A stretch of 64,000 bases of DNA from assembly GCF_009914755.1 (NCBI RefSeq), contig NC_060927.1; one strand, written 5' to 3'. The notes under the pieces were generated by a model, which was given only the letters and a program-made list of their open reading frames with translations, did no database searches and was not told the origin of the DNA. Source of the DNA: the human T2T-CHM13v2.0 reference genome, Homo sapiens. Positions within the stretch are counted from its first letter, which is position 1. Each line of letters begins with the position of its first letter. The position numbers were made by a program, and so were the translations under genes. Shown in pieces: positions 1-13,360 of this stretch.

Positions 1-329
1 TAGCACCAAGAGGGACAAAACTGGAGCCTGAAGGTCAGCTTTTACTATAGTATCCAAGCAGAAACAAGGTTGCCAAAACCTCCAGAAAACATGAAATTGT
101 AGATAAAAAATAATTAGACATCTGTAATGACATAAGACCACTATAAAAATAAGCAGCAAACACAGCAATATAGAAGCAATGAAGCAGTGGAACATAGATA
201 TCAAGGAGAACACATATATTTCATATATGTTTTATGTGCTATACATAAATATATATAAATTATACATGTATATGTAAAAAAGGAAATACATTTATTTGTA
301 AATTAAGTGAAATAAAGTCCAAAATTGTG

Positions 330-930
330 AGAAAGAGCACACAGAAGATGTTAGAAGGAGAACAAGAAGATTAGAGCGAATGGGAAAATTAAAATTATAG
401 TCTAAAAGAACATACTGAATAACTCTTCCAGGAGATGACAAGTTAGAGTAAAAAAAGAAAATTAAATTAAATAGTTAAGAATGATAAAAATAGGAGAAAT
501 ATAATCATATAAATAATTGAAGTTTCTGCAGAAAAAAATGTGTATTGAAAATGTTTGCAAAATTAATGAAAATATTTTTAGAATGAAAACAATATAAAAA
601 CATAAGATAGACTGCTCAAAGAATGCCAAATAAGATAAAAAAAGAAAGGTATACTAAGATATATTATATTAAAATTTTAGAAATTGAGAGATAAATGATT
701 TTAAAACCTTTCAGAGAAAGACTACCATAAGTAACAAAAATTTAGAATGACAATACAGCCCTATACAGAAATCATAGAGCTATCATAAAAATGTTTTCAA
801 AGTATAAACAGAAACATTTGAATACTAATTCTGCAAAATTGTTGTCTATATGTGTGTTTCAAATATGTAGACATTTAAGACTTCAGAAGTGTTTTCACTA
901 TAAGGTCATTTAAAAAACGTTCTGCAAGGA
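330..930 (+). mobile_element. Highly decayed L1M (L1ME/HAL1-type) ORF1-region fragment
   Basis: A-rich sequence with L1 ORF1-like motifs (gactgctcaaagaatgccaaataagataaa...ttttaaaacctttcagagaaag); no intact ORF; boundaries approximate. Confidence 0.45.
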
Positions 931-1250
931 AGAACTGAAATAAGAATAAAAAATAATTTCTTCCAGATAAAGGGGTATTACAATCTGAAATAACATATAA
1001 ATCTTTGCCTCTCTAAAATAAGAAAACTAAATACTTTGACCGTATAAAAATATGCAATAACAAGTAATCTGTGGAATATCTTTACCTAATGAAAAAATTA
1101 ACTAAGTTAGTTTTTTCTTAGGTTTAGATTTCTTAGGTTTATTTTTTATAGAAACTGGTCTAAATATCAGTTTCTAGAAAATGCAAGGAAGAGCAAGACA
1201 AATAATATTATGTCATAAAGAAGTACTCAACTTTCAGCAACCCAGCCCAA

Positions 1251-2595
1251 CTAGAAACAAACTGACAACAAGTTCTGCCTGGCTGAACTGGCATATTCAG
1301 CATCCTTGTCTTGACTAAATCTTAAAGGTCTATCACTACCAAAAACCTTACAAAGGCAAGAAGATGTGCATTTTTCTTCACGTGCACACACCAATGCAAG
1401 GACACAAGAATTACAAAGAATTATGAAATATGAAACCATCAAAAGTGCTAGTAAATCAATAATGGATATGGAGGAAATGGAGATCTATGAAATGACTGAC
1501 AAAAAATTCAATAAAGAAAAATAATTTTGAAGAACTTCAGGGAACTCCAAGAATATATGAATAGAAAATTAAGTAAAAATTGAAAAAAGGCCATGAACAA
1601 AATAAAAAGTTTAACAAATTAAACAGTAAAAAATAGAAATCCTAGAGATAAGGAATACAAGTACTAAACTGAAAAAATCAATAGAAAGCTCTCATAGCAG
1701 ATTAGGTCAAGCAAAAGAAAGAATCAGTAAGTTCAATTTTGTACAACCATTATGGAAAAGTGTATGGAAATTTCTGAAAAAAATAAAACTAGAACTTCTC
1801 AATTATTTAGCAATCCTATTATTGGCTACATATCCAAAGAAAATAGAATCAGTATGTCAAAGAATATCGACATTTCCATGTTTATTTCAGCATTATTTAT
1901 TATAGCGAAGATAGGAAGTCAATCTAAGTGTTTCATCATTGAATAACTGGATAAGAAAACCTAGTATATATGCCAAATAAAATAATATTCAGCTATAAAA
2001 AAGAAGAAAATCCTGACATTGGAGACAACATGGATGAACTTGGAGAACATTATGCCAAGTAAAATAAGCCAGGTACAGGAAATCAAATACCACAGGATCT
2101 CACTTATATGTGAAATCTAAAAAAGTCGATCTTCTAAAAGTAGAGAGTAAAATAGTGGTTACTAGTGGGGTGGTTGGTGGGAGGTTGGGAGATATTGGTC
2201 AAAGAATATAAAATTTTAGTTAGGTACATGGAATAAGTTTAAGAAATCTATTATATAATATGGTGACTAGACTTAAAAAAAGTTCGAGGGAGGATTTAGA
2301 GAAAAGGGTCCAGAAAGCATTTTTAAGAAAATAATGGCTAAACATTTTCGACATCTGGGGAAATATGACAACATCCAGGTACAGGAAGCTAAGGGGTTTC
2401 CAATCAAATTCAACTCAAAATGGGGTTCCCCATATAATATGTTTACACTACAATCGAACTACCAAAAATTAAAGCCAAAGAAAGAATTCTAAAAGCAGCT
2501 AGAAATATGAAACCTATCCCATTCAAAGTAGTTCCAATACAGATATTAGTAGATTTTTCAGCAGAAAGCTGTAGGCCAGGAGAGAGTAGGACACT
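1251..2595 (+). mobile_element. L1M(A) 5'UTR/ORF1 fragment, interrupted by an L1 3' piece at 1735-2280
   Basis: ORF1-type motifs gagatctatgaaatgactgacaaaaaattcaa, caagcaaaagaaagaatcagt, aaagaaagaattctaaaagcagctagaaa, gatttttcagcagaaagctgtaggccaggagagagtagg. Confidence 0.7.
1735..2280 (+). mobile_element. L1MA (about L1MA4-8) ORF2 end/3'UTR fragment
   Basis: acaacatggatgaacttggagaacattatgccaagtaaaataagccagg...atctcacttatatgtgaaatctaaaaaagtcgatc...gagatattggtcaaagaatataaaattttagttagg. Confidence 0.8.
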
Positions 2596-2611
2596 ATATT
2601 CAAAGTGCTTA

Positions 2612-2735
2612 GGGTGCCATGCTGTTGGACTTCCCAGCCTCCAGAACCATGAGGCAAATAATATTTTATTAAAAAAAAAACATAGATTACCCAGTCTGTG
2701 GTATTCTGTTTTAGAAACAGAAAATGGACTAACAC
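2612..2735 (+). mobile_element. MaLR LTR 3' fragment (MST/MLT1A-like)
   Basis: ttggacttcccagcctccagaaccatgaggcaaataa...attacccagtctgtggtattctgtt...aaatggactaacac. Confidence 0.7.
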
Positions 2736-3278
2736 GTAGGAAAAAAAATATTTATGGCCTTGGTCTGGGCAATGATTTTTTAGATACATTCCTGAAAGCA
2801 CAGGCAACAAAAGCAAAAATAGGTAAATTCAATAAAAACTGTGATGTGTTTATCAAAATGTTGAGAGTTCCAGTGTATCTATTAGAGAACAGAAAGAAAT
2901 AAAGTACAGACTAGATACTCAACTTGAATACAGAGGATACAAAGATAAATAGCAAGGGAGCACTCTCCAAAAAAAAATAAAGAAAGAAAGAATAAAAGTA
3001 ATGACAGAGATTAATGACATAAAGAAAAGCAATAATAAATAATAAATACACTCCTAAATTTTGGGTTATTTGAAATATTATTAATATTATTCTCAGAGAT
3101 TGATAAGTGAATACAGTAGTGGAGATAAGAATTAACAAAATGTGAATTAAAAAAAGAAATTACTTTTGATACCAAACATATTTAAAATAATAAAACATTA
3201 AAAGCTGCTATAAAGTATAAAATTCTTATACAGGTGCATCTGTTAGTCAAGGTTCTCTAAATTGACAGAACCAAAATG

Positions 3279-3308
3279 ATAGACAGATAGATGAATACAT
3301 AGATAGAT

Positions 3309-3341
<33 letters not shown>
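3279..3341. repeat. (TAGA)n tetranucleotide microsatellite inside the MLT2 LTR
   Basis: Run of atag/gata units seen directly. Confidence 0.95.
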
Positions 3342-3342
<1 letters not shown>

Positions 3343-3573
3343 GTATGTGAGGGTATTTATTAAGGGAACTGGCTCATCAATTGTGGAGGCTGAGAAGTTT
3401 CGCAATAGACTGTGTGCAAGCTGGAGACCCTTAAAGGCCAGTGGCATGACTCTGCAAGCTTGATGGTCTCAGAACCAGGAAAACTGATGGTGTAACTTTC
3501 AGTTCACGGTTGAGAACCCAGAGGCTTACTGATGTAAGTTTTGGGGTTCAAAGGCCAGGGAGCCCAGAATTTA

Positions 3574-4062
<489 letters not shown>

Positions 4063-4199
4063 TCAGGCTCACTTCCTAGTCTCCTCTGGAAACACCCACA
4101 CAGATACCCTTACACACACACCCAAAAATTATGCTTTCTCAGCTTTTTAAATATTTCCTAATCCAACCAAGTTGACAACTAAAATTAATAATCACAGAA

Positions 4200-5490
4200 T
4201 ACTTTATTGAAATTGGACCATTACAAAATAGAAAATTTTATTATTTTAATAAATATTAAAGAAACAGAAATTACCTCCCTTTCCACAAGAAGAAAAGAGA
4301 AAGTCCCAGATACTTTTATAGATGAGGTATTTTGAACTTTTATGAAAGATATTATTTTTCTCTTACACAACGTTACAGAAAGTATAAATAAGAAAATTCT
4401 TTATTTCATTTTAAAATAAAATCAAACCTTCATTATACAACTAGACCAGCAGTTAAAGAGCCCATTTCAGTTATAACTAGATGTGAACATCCTCAATAAA
4501 ATATTAGCTAACTGAATCCAATGACGTATTAAATGAACACTTTATGTTTCAATTAATAAGCTAATGAGAAAGAAAATCATTTGAATTATATCAGTAGAAG
4601 CAGGATTAATATTTGATGGTGTTAAGCCTCAATTATGGTTTTTAAAAGCCTTAGCAAACTAAAAATCAAAGTTAAAATCCTTATTTAAGACAGATAAAAC
4701 TTTTAAAAATCTGTAGCAATGATTATCCTTAATAGAGATACTTCCTGTACAAATATTTTGTTTAAATGTCAGGGACAAAAGAATAAAGAATATCAAAATT
4801 AATAATAGATATATGCATAAGAAGAAAATAGATAATCTATTTTTATTTAGAAATGACAAATATGTGTGTTAAAAATAGATTTTAAAATTTGCAAAATAAG
4901 TGATTTCAGAATTTTTAATATGTAATTAATTCTAGCATATTTTAAATATAAAATCAATTATAAAAATTATTATTTGTCCTAAAGATTAATACAAATAGTG
5001 TATATAATTAAACTATGAAACCAATAAGAAGAGTAAAAAGCTATAAAATATCTAAAAATAAAGCTTAAATACACAATTAACATCAAGTTCAGAATCTATA
5101 GTAAAAATTTTTAAATTTTATCAAAAATTACACATAAAAGTTTAACAACTAGAGAAACATTGCATGCTCTTGGATAGGAAAATTTAGTGTTGTAAATATT
5201 TCAACTGAAGTTTTCAGTAAGTTTATTGTAACTCCAATAAATATTGCAGTTAGACTTTTGCATAATTTAATACATATATTTTGCCTTTTGTATAAAAAGA
5301 TACATTTCTCTGACAGCAGAGGAAAAAGGTTCAAAGATGAAGACTTGCTTATTGGATATTAAGACATAAGAGAGAGAGAGCGGGAAAGATGTTTTTGGGA
5401 AACCTGTAGAATATATAGAATAGTGACAATGAACTTTGACATGTAATATGTACAAAGATAAACTCCTTGGGAATTCAAAAATTAAATGTC
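4200..5490 (+). mobile_element. Decayed L1ME ORF2 fragment
   Basis: catcctcaataaaatattagctaactgaatccaa; gagaaacattgcatgctcttggataggaaaatttagtgttgtaaata. Confidence 0.6.
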
Positions 5491-6497
5491 GAAGCTAAAA
5501 TTAATCAACTTAAGATGAATTTATTAATATGTTAATTAAGTTAATATGATAATTAAGTTAATAAAGCCAATAATAATGCATACAATCTAGGTGTTCAAAA
5601 TTTCAAAGTCAAAACCATGACTTTAGTTTAGATGAATCAGCATTGGCATGTCTGCTTGAAAGCTGGCTGAATATATATACATACATATACACATTAATAT
5701 ACATATACAAACACACATATCTTCAGTGAATCTCGAAAACATAGCAAAAATATCTAATTTGTTTTTCTAAGAATTACCATCCACTCTTTTATACTATAAG
5801 CATCATATTGCATCAAGAAAAAAATAAATTTTTTATACATACTATATTCATTAACTACCTAAAAGAATCGAATAGCTCTAAAATATAAATTTCTAAATAT
5901 TTTAAATGTATGAAATGCAAATGAATAATATTCTGTTTTCTAATCCAAAACTGACAACATAAAACCGAGAATTTATTCTTATGTTTTTGAGGTCACATAT
6001 ACTCTCTTTTATTTTTATACTAGTAAAAACTATAATGTAATTCAAACAAATCAGACTTCTAAAAATATTGTGGTTTCTTTATTGTTTTCCCTCCAAAAAG
6101 CTACTTTGTGATTCATTTATACCAATAATATGCCTTAATTTTAAGCTGTGTTCATTTCTACTACATGTCAAAAGACTTATGGATGGAAATGAGGCAAGAG
6201 TGAAGATTTCTTATTATCCCAGACTCCTGCCCAAGTGAACTTCTCCCCATGACATTGCCACAGTGTGTTTCCAGCTCCTCTTCCCACATTTCTATCTTAA
6301 TATATGTGTAGGTAGCTTCTCCAAACAATAATACAAACAGCTGTGGAATCATATTGTTGGGGTTTGATAATAACTATTTCAATTAAAAATTTTGTGACCA
6401 TGGAGAAGTCATTTTAAACATTTCATGCATAGTTTTTTTTTATAAGTAAAATAAAGGTAATGTCAGCTCTGATCTTAAAACAGAGTGTGTTTTAAAT

Positions 6498-6845
6498 CAG
6501 GGGTCCCCAATCCCTGGCCACAGACAGGTACCAGTGCGTGGCATGTTAGAAACCTGGCCACAGAGCAAGAGGTGAACTCCTCGAGCAAGCATTATCGCCT
6601 GAGCCCTGTCTCCTATCAGATCAGCAATGGCAATAGATTCTCACAGAAGCAGGAACCCTATTGTGAATTGCATATGTGAGGGATCTAGGTTGCACATTCT
6701 TTATGACAATCTAATGCCTTATGATCTGAGCTGAAACAGTTTCATCCAAAAACCCATCTTAACTGCACCCCTCCCCACACCGTGGTCCATGGAAAAACTG
6801 TCTTCCACAAAACTGGTGCCTGATGCAAAAGGTTGGGGACCGCTG
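6498..6845 (+). mobile_element. MER1B hAT-Charlie non-autonomous DNA transposon
   Basis: Terminal inverted repeats caggggtccccaa / ttggggaccgctg; internal tagattctcacagaagcaggaaccctattgtgaattg; 8-bp TSD ttttaaat/ttttaagt. Confidence 0.92.
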
Positions 6846-7148
6846 TTTTAAGTGAACTCTGGTCTCTGGTTCCAGAAAGGTTGGGGACTGCTGTTTTAAA
6901 TGAACTAATACTTATAGAGTACTAGTATTTGCATGGGACATTGCACAAACTGAGACAGTATTGACTGTTATTAAATATTTCTTCTCTCCACTGTAATAAT
7001 AGTTTGCATCATCTACTTTCTAGAATGGTGGGTTTTGGCGTCTGGTGAGCATAAAAATTACCGACAGAAGTGTGCTAAAAATAGATTCTTGGGTTATAAC
7101 TTAAACGTACTTAATCAAATCTATTTTCTCATTTATGGCTCAGTTTAA

Positions 7149-7450
7149 TTTGTTTTTTGTTTTGTTTTTGAGATGGAGTCTCGCTCTGTCGCCCTAGCTG
7201 GAATCCAGTGGCACAATCTCGGCTCACTGCAACCGTTGCTTCCCAGCTTCAAGCGATTCACCTGACTCAGCCTCCTGAGTAGCTTGAACTACAGGACACG
7301 CCACCACGCCCGGCGAATTTTTTTGTATTTTTAGTAGAGACGGGGTTTCACTGTGTTAGCCAGGATGGGCTGGATCTCCTGACCTCTTGATCCATCCGCC
7401 TCGGCCTCCCAAAGTGCTGGGATTACAGGCGTGAGCTACCGCGCCCGGCC
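7149..7450 (-). mobile_element. Full-length Alu (AluSc/Sc8-like)
   Basis: T-rich tail then gagatggagtctcgctctgtcgcc...gcgcccggcc; TSD gctcagtttaattt at 7138-7151 and 7453-7466. Confidence 0.97.
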
Positions 7451-7910
7451 CTGCTCAGTTTAATTTTTAAGCAGCTCCCAAAGTGATTCTTAATCACTAA
7501 TGTTTAAGTGCTGCCCAAAGGGAGGTGTCTTATGCAAACAAACCACCTGCAGTCATTTATGACATTAACCCAGCGATACTGTCCCTGAAATTAGTCCCAT
7601 CTGTAAGGCTGTAATCTGTATAGCCGACCTCTCTTTCTGCTCTCCTGAGAAGTTTTACTTAAAGCCTTGTAACCTTGCTTCACATGCACAATGCAAAGGT
7701 AGGGGACAATGTATTTTTCAGGAAGAGAAAAAAATGTCACTACTGAAGTTTTTTTTTCTATTTATAACTTTATATTTCTATGTGCCGATAGTACCCTCTG
7801 TAATATGGATACAGTATATTTATTTATTCATGTTTTTTTTTTCTGATTTTTTCTAAGAAGAAGTAGCTTCCATGGCTTCTGTAACCTTAAAATGAAAAGC
7901 AGCCATTCTT

Positions 7911-8206
7911 TTTTTTTTTTGAGACGGAGTCTTGCTCTGTCGTCCAGGCTGGAGTGCAGCGGCACGACCTCAGCTCACTCACTGCAAGCTCCGCCTCCCG
8001 GGTTCACGCCATTCTCCTGCCTCAGCCTCCAGAGTAGCTGGGACTACAGGCGCCTGCCACCACGCCCAGCTAATTTTTTTGTATTTTTAGTAGAGACGGG
8101 GTTTCACCGTGTTAGCCAGGATGGGCTCGATCTCCTGACCTCATGATCCGCCTGTCTGGGCCTCCCAAAGTGCTGGGATTACAGGCGTGAGCCACCGTGC
8201 CTGGCC
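7911..8206 (-). mobile_element. Full-length AluY
   Basis: AluY diagnostics gcaagctccgcctcccgggttcacgccattc and accgtgttagccaggatgg; TSD gaaaag(c)agccattctt at 7894-7910 and 8207-8222. Confidence 0.97.
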
Positions 8207-9099
8207 GAAAAGAGCCATTCTTAGAGATTTGCTTAGCTTATGAATAATTTTATAAAAGAGTGATGAATGCTAGTGTCTTTATTCTCATTACTTTTACAAA
8301 TCACATTGCTAAAGTTGGATGCAAAACTGAGTTAGAAGCTAAAGACACGTAGAATGGAATTTTTGTCCCTCTTTTTAAGAGAAAGTGACTCAAGATTGTT
8401 TTTCTCCTTAGCAATTTCAGCTTGTAAAGTACTGACATAAAATCTCCTCAAACAGAACTTTAAAATCTCCCATTATTAGGACAAAAAAAGAAACTCATAG
8501 AGATAATCCTCTTTCAAACTGTAACAATTTTTGCCTGAGAAGTAAAACAGTGAATATCAGTTCTGAAAACGGTTTTTAAATAATGTCTTTGTCTTAATTT
8601 CATAATGTTTTGCAAAATATATCTCAACTATGAATAAAACATAAAACATTTTTGTAGAAAATAATTGAGAGTTTTATTTGATTTATATAGATGAAATCCC
8701 AGTAAGTTACTAAATGTTTTCAGAATCATATTTCCCTTCCTTTTTAAAAATTCACATTTATTCTGAAGACTGCAATTGTTGAGGGTAGAAAATGTCAATT
8801 TCTAAAATACTTGTGTCCTGGGCAAACATACTGACTTTCAGAGGAAGCATGCCATCTTCGTTCTTTCACAATCCTGTTATCAGCTTGGGCTTAGTTCAAG
8901 TGGTGGGAAAAGGGATATTTGAATTGCCAGTTCTTAACAGCAGCTGAGCACATTCATGGCACCCTTAAGATAATACGATATGTATTAATGTGAGAAGCTA
9001 GAGATTCATCCCTAGGGAGATTAGGCCAATGTGCTGCAGGAGACAAAGGAGATAACACAATACTTAACACCCTCAAGAGAGCTTTTGGAAGGCAGCAAA

Positions 9100-9260
9100 C
9101 ATAAAAGCAAAAGTAATCCCAAGAGAGCCCGCATTATCCTATTCTTGTAGAAAACCTTAGTGCACCTATACCTTGAATACTGCAAGCACTTCTGGTCATC
9201 ACATTTAAGAATGAGTACTGGAGAAGGTCCAGGGAGATAAAAGTAAGCAGTGAAAGGATA
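9100..9260 (+). mobile_element. Ancient CR1/L3 LINE reverse-transcriptase C-terminal relic
   Basis: Reads IILFL*KTLVHLYLEYCKHFWSSHL..LEKVQG, similar to the CR1 motif [29 protein letters not shown]. Confidence 0.7.
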
Positions 9261-9540
9261 TATAAAGGCAATTGAACCTAGTGTTGCTCTGATGATGGGG
9301 AGAGAAACAAGAAAAACAGAAATGAAGTAAGGCACAATTTTAAAATATAATATTTTAAGACGCAAACCTACAAGATTTAAGGATGTAAATTAATAAAAAC
9401 AGATGAGTACATTACACAGAACTTAACAAAACATTGGATTTTCTCACTGCAATGCATAATCCAAGAAAATTTGTAGCTTTAGGAAGGGCTTTGGAAAATA
9501 CACAAATGGTAGCATGTAAAATAAATTCACGATGTTTAAG

Positions 9541-9671
9541 TAGGGTGCCCATATACTTTTATCATCCAAACAGGGATGATATTTAGAATAATGCAATGGT
9601 TAGAAATAAGTATGTAGAGACAAGTGTAAAACAGGAGAGTCCCTGACAAACTGAGAAGTATGATCACATTA
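9541..9671 (+). mobile_element. MER94-like hAT-Blackjack MITE
   Basis: Ends tagggtgcccatat / gtatgatcacatta (decayed TAGGGTGACCAT terminal repeat), about 130 bp, tttatcatccaaacaggga. Confidence 0.65.
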
Positions 9672-10167
9672 TATTTAGTAATATATTCTTTGGTTTTTTA
9701 AGTTAATGTGAGGAACAAAACATATCTGCTCTGCTACAGCATAGAATAATGTTCTTGTGGCTACTGCTAAAGTAACTTCTGCCTTAAATATAGGCATTAG
9801 AGATGGTTACCTGAGAAGTATGATGTTTTAAAATGAAATAGAGCTAAGCTATATATCCTCTCACTTGGAAAACATGGATTTTTAAATTGCATCCTTAGAG
9901 TGACATTCACTGAAAAGAGAAGGGATTCTCTATTTTCTACCCTGTTTTAAATAATTGTATTCTTGGAGTGATAACCTATTCAATCAATTCAATATTGTAT
10001 GCTTATAACTTTTAAGTGTGTTTTTATTTCTGTAGGAAGAACCTAGGGAAAAGAGAATAGTAAACTCTGGGAAATCTGCAGTAGAGTATGATTCTTAAGA
10101 AGCATTGCATTGAAAAACATCAGTCTAAGATGCATGACCAGATTCCAGGGAAGAGCTCAAACTTTAG

Positions 10168-10516
<349 letters not shown>

Positions 10517-10959
10517 TTCTTAAACTCTAGATATTTCTCAGGAGATATGTTAATTCTATTTAAAAAGTACTTTGGAAGATGCAGTATGTTAGCAATAAGT
10601 GATTTGGTGAAAATATACACAAATATAATAACATGTCCTGTAATAAATTAATAAAATGAATGATTAAATAATTATAATTTAAAGCAAAAACATTCATGTA
10701 ATATATCCTATATATGCAAGAGCCTATTAAACATTTAAGCTTGAAAATCACAGAAGCCTCCAATCACATGTTCAAAATTTACTCAGCTTCCAAAGTGAGT
10801 CAGCCAAGAAGAGAATTCCAGACTCTGAGAAAGTTATATCCTTGATATAACTTTCTTGCTAATTACTCTGTCTAATAATTCACCACATTCTGTTGACATG
10901 ACTTAAAAAAAAAACGCTCTCATATGTGAGTCTCTATCCACTTTCACCTTCAACTACAA

Positions 10960-11812
10960 AGAAGCTACCAGCATCTCTTGCCTGAATTATGACAATAGCC
11001 ATTTAAATAAATATTCTTCTGTATATGCATGTTTTCCCAAATTCATTGTATACTCTGCAGCCAGTGCAATCTTTTAACATAAATAAAGATAATCATATCA
11101 ATCTTCATGATAATTCATTGCTGTAATAATAAAGACTAAGATCCTTCCTCCATACTGCAAGACCATGAATTGTCTGTTCCAGCCTGACTCTCCAACCTCA
11201 TTCCAGCTACTCTTTCTCTTAGCCTCTTTAGTCTAGTTTCACTAGCCTACAGGAATGTTGGTATATTTTCATACCTCTATCTGTGCATATTATCTCTGCC
11301 TGAAATTCTACCATACTATCTCTACTTCATATCAAATCATATAGTACCATTACTTGTATTCATTCCTCAAATATGAGCCCAGAAATTATTCACTGACTCC
11401 CCAAAATCAAATGATGCCTCAAATATCTCTCTGGAGTTTTTCTTTATTATTTATAAAAAATTTATGTTTTTTTTCAAGTTTATTTTAAAATCAGGGGTTT
11501 CCCATGGAGGTTTGTTACAAAAGTATATTGCACGATGCTGAGGTATGGAGTATGAATGAATTTGTCACCCAGTTAGTGAGCATAGCACCTAGTAGATAAT
11601 TTTTTAACACTTGCCCCTCCCTTTCCTGTTTGTAATTATGTTTTTAAAGATTATTTGATTAATTTATGTTATTATTAGACACTTAGCTCAATGCAATAAA
11701 GATTATGTCTATCAATACATGTAAATAATTAATTTTGAATAAAAGTGTATCTCCAGTGCCTATATCTCCAGTGTTTATTTCATTGCTCAATGTACTAAGG
11801 TTGTAAATAAAT
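10960..11812 (+). mobile_element. L2 3' fragment, interrupted by an L1P piece
   Basis: catctcttgcctgaattatgacaatagcc, ctgcagccagtgcaatcttttaa, tctccaacctcattcc, tatctccagtgcct. Confidence 0.6.
11468..11626 (-). mobile_element. Old L1PA/L1PB 3'UTR end
   Basis: tttattttaaaatcagggg..ggtttgttac..atattgcacgatgctgaggtatggagtatgaatga..gtcacccagttagtgagcatag. Confidence 0.8.
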
Positions 11813-11829
11813 AGCTTTGAATAAAAATT

Positions 11830-12324
11830 GCCTCTAAATAAGGCCACTAACAACTTCTCCCTTCCCTGTACACACATTTGAGCTTGCATTAAGCAATGGG
11901 ATGCCGCACAAGTGATATTCTACAGCTTCCAAACCCAGGCCTTCAAAATATGGCAGCTTTAATTTATCCTATTTTGTAAAACCAGCAATGCTGTAAGAAG
12001 ATACAAACTATCCTGCAAGCTAGAGTGAGAGAAAACAAGAGGAAGCCCTGGAGAGTAAGATGCCACAACAGAAGAAGGCAGCCATGTGGAAGAACACCGG
12101 AATGCCAAACATGTGAGTAAAGCCTTGTTGGACTTTTCAGCCTAACCCAGTTGCCAGCTGAATACAGCCAAATACATTTTCCAGCTGATGTCACAGGAAA
12201 AGACTAAACACCTGGAGAAGCCCTGTCCCAAATCCTCATTCAATAATCATATGAAATAATAATTTGTTGGCTTACAGCACTAAGTTTTAGGGAAATTTCT
12301 TACACACCAATTGGCAATTAAAAT
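11830..12324 (+). mobile_element. MLT1G/H-type MaLR LTR
   Basis: catgtgagtaaagccttgttggac..ccagctgaatacagccaa..gccctgtcccaaatcct..cactaagttttagggaaatttcttacac. Confidence 0.7.
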
Positions 12325-12562
12325 AAATAATTAAGACTCATTATTCAAATTATCACAATGGTGCAATGTGTTTTTAAAAGTAGTACTTAAGATTTATGAA
12401 TTTTAGAGTGGATATAGGAAGTAGTGGAATATGAAAGTTGAAATGTAGAGCCTCTTTAATGTTGAATGAACAATGGGCATAAAATAGTGTTTCTTGGTAG
12501 AATAGTGATGGTATTCACTATTCTTTAGCAACACTACTCTGTCTACCATGATACTGATAGAT

Positions 12563-13028
12563 TTTTTCTTTTTATTTAGATAACATTTTATTTTTATAGG
12601 ACTTGGTAAAATACATACAAGATAAAGATATATACATAAACATAAATTGTATACATATACTATACATATGTGTGTATATATACATATATATGTGTGTGTA
12701 TATATACATATGTGTGTGTATATATATATGATATATGAAATGTTTTGATACAGACATGCAACCTGTAATAATTACATCATAGAGAATGGGGTATTTATCT
12801 TCTCAAGCATTTATCCTTTGTGTTACAAATAACCCAATTACACTCTTTTAGTTATTTTTCAATGTACAATTATTATTGGCTATAGTCACCCTGTTGTGCT
12901 GTGAAACAGTAGATCTTATTCATTCTTTTTAAATTTATTCTAAATTTTAATTTCCGTGGGTACATCAGTGTATATATTTATGGGGTACATGAGATATTTT
13001 GATACAGGCATACAATGCATGATAATCA
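12563..13028 (-). mobile_element. Two adjacent L1MA1-3-type 3' ends (12563-12925 and 12926-13028)
   Basis: ttttgatacagacatgcaa..aatggggtatttatc..ctcaagcatttatcctttgtgttacaaa; second copy gggtacatcagtgtatatatttatggggtacatgagatattttgatacaggcatacaatg; (TA)/(TG) tract at 12650-12730. Confidence 0.8.
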
Positions 13029-13360
13029 ATTGTGCAGTTCCTCTCATCTTAAACATGGATCATGTTTCCCTCCTTTAGAGTTCTACCTTTAGAGTACTAC
13101 CTCCATAAACAATCTTAACTTGTTCTCTCAGGAGACAAACAACATACATGCTACCACTTTTAATCTGTCCACATTTTCTATATTCTGGCACAAACATTAA
13201 CAAGTAATTATCTGATTTGGGATTTTTTTTTGGTAATAGCTTCTCTATTTTCATATTAGAAAGAGTGTTTCTTGAAAGAGTCCACAATTCTTATTCTGTA
13301 CATATGGAGTCAAATATATCTTAGAATTCAACATTTTGAGATTGTAGAACTTTTATATTA

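Noticed and set aside
7020-7510. Possible MER5-type MITE split by the Alu
   Set aside because: Similarity too weak to support by eye
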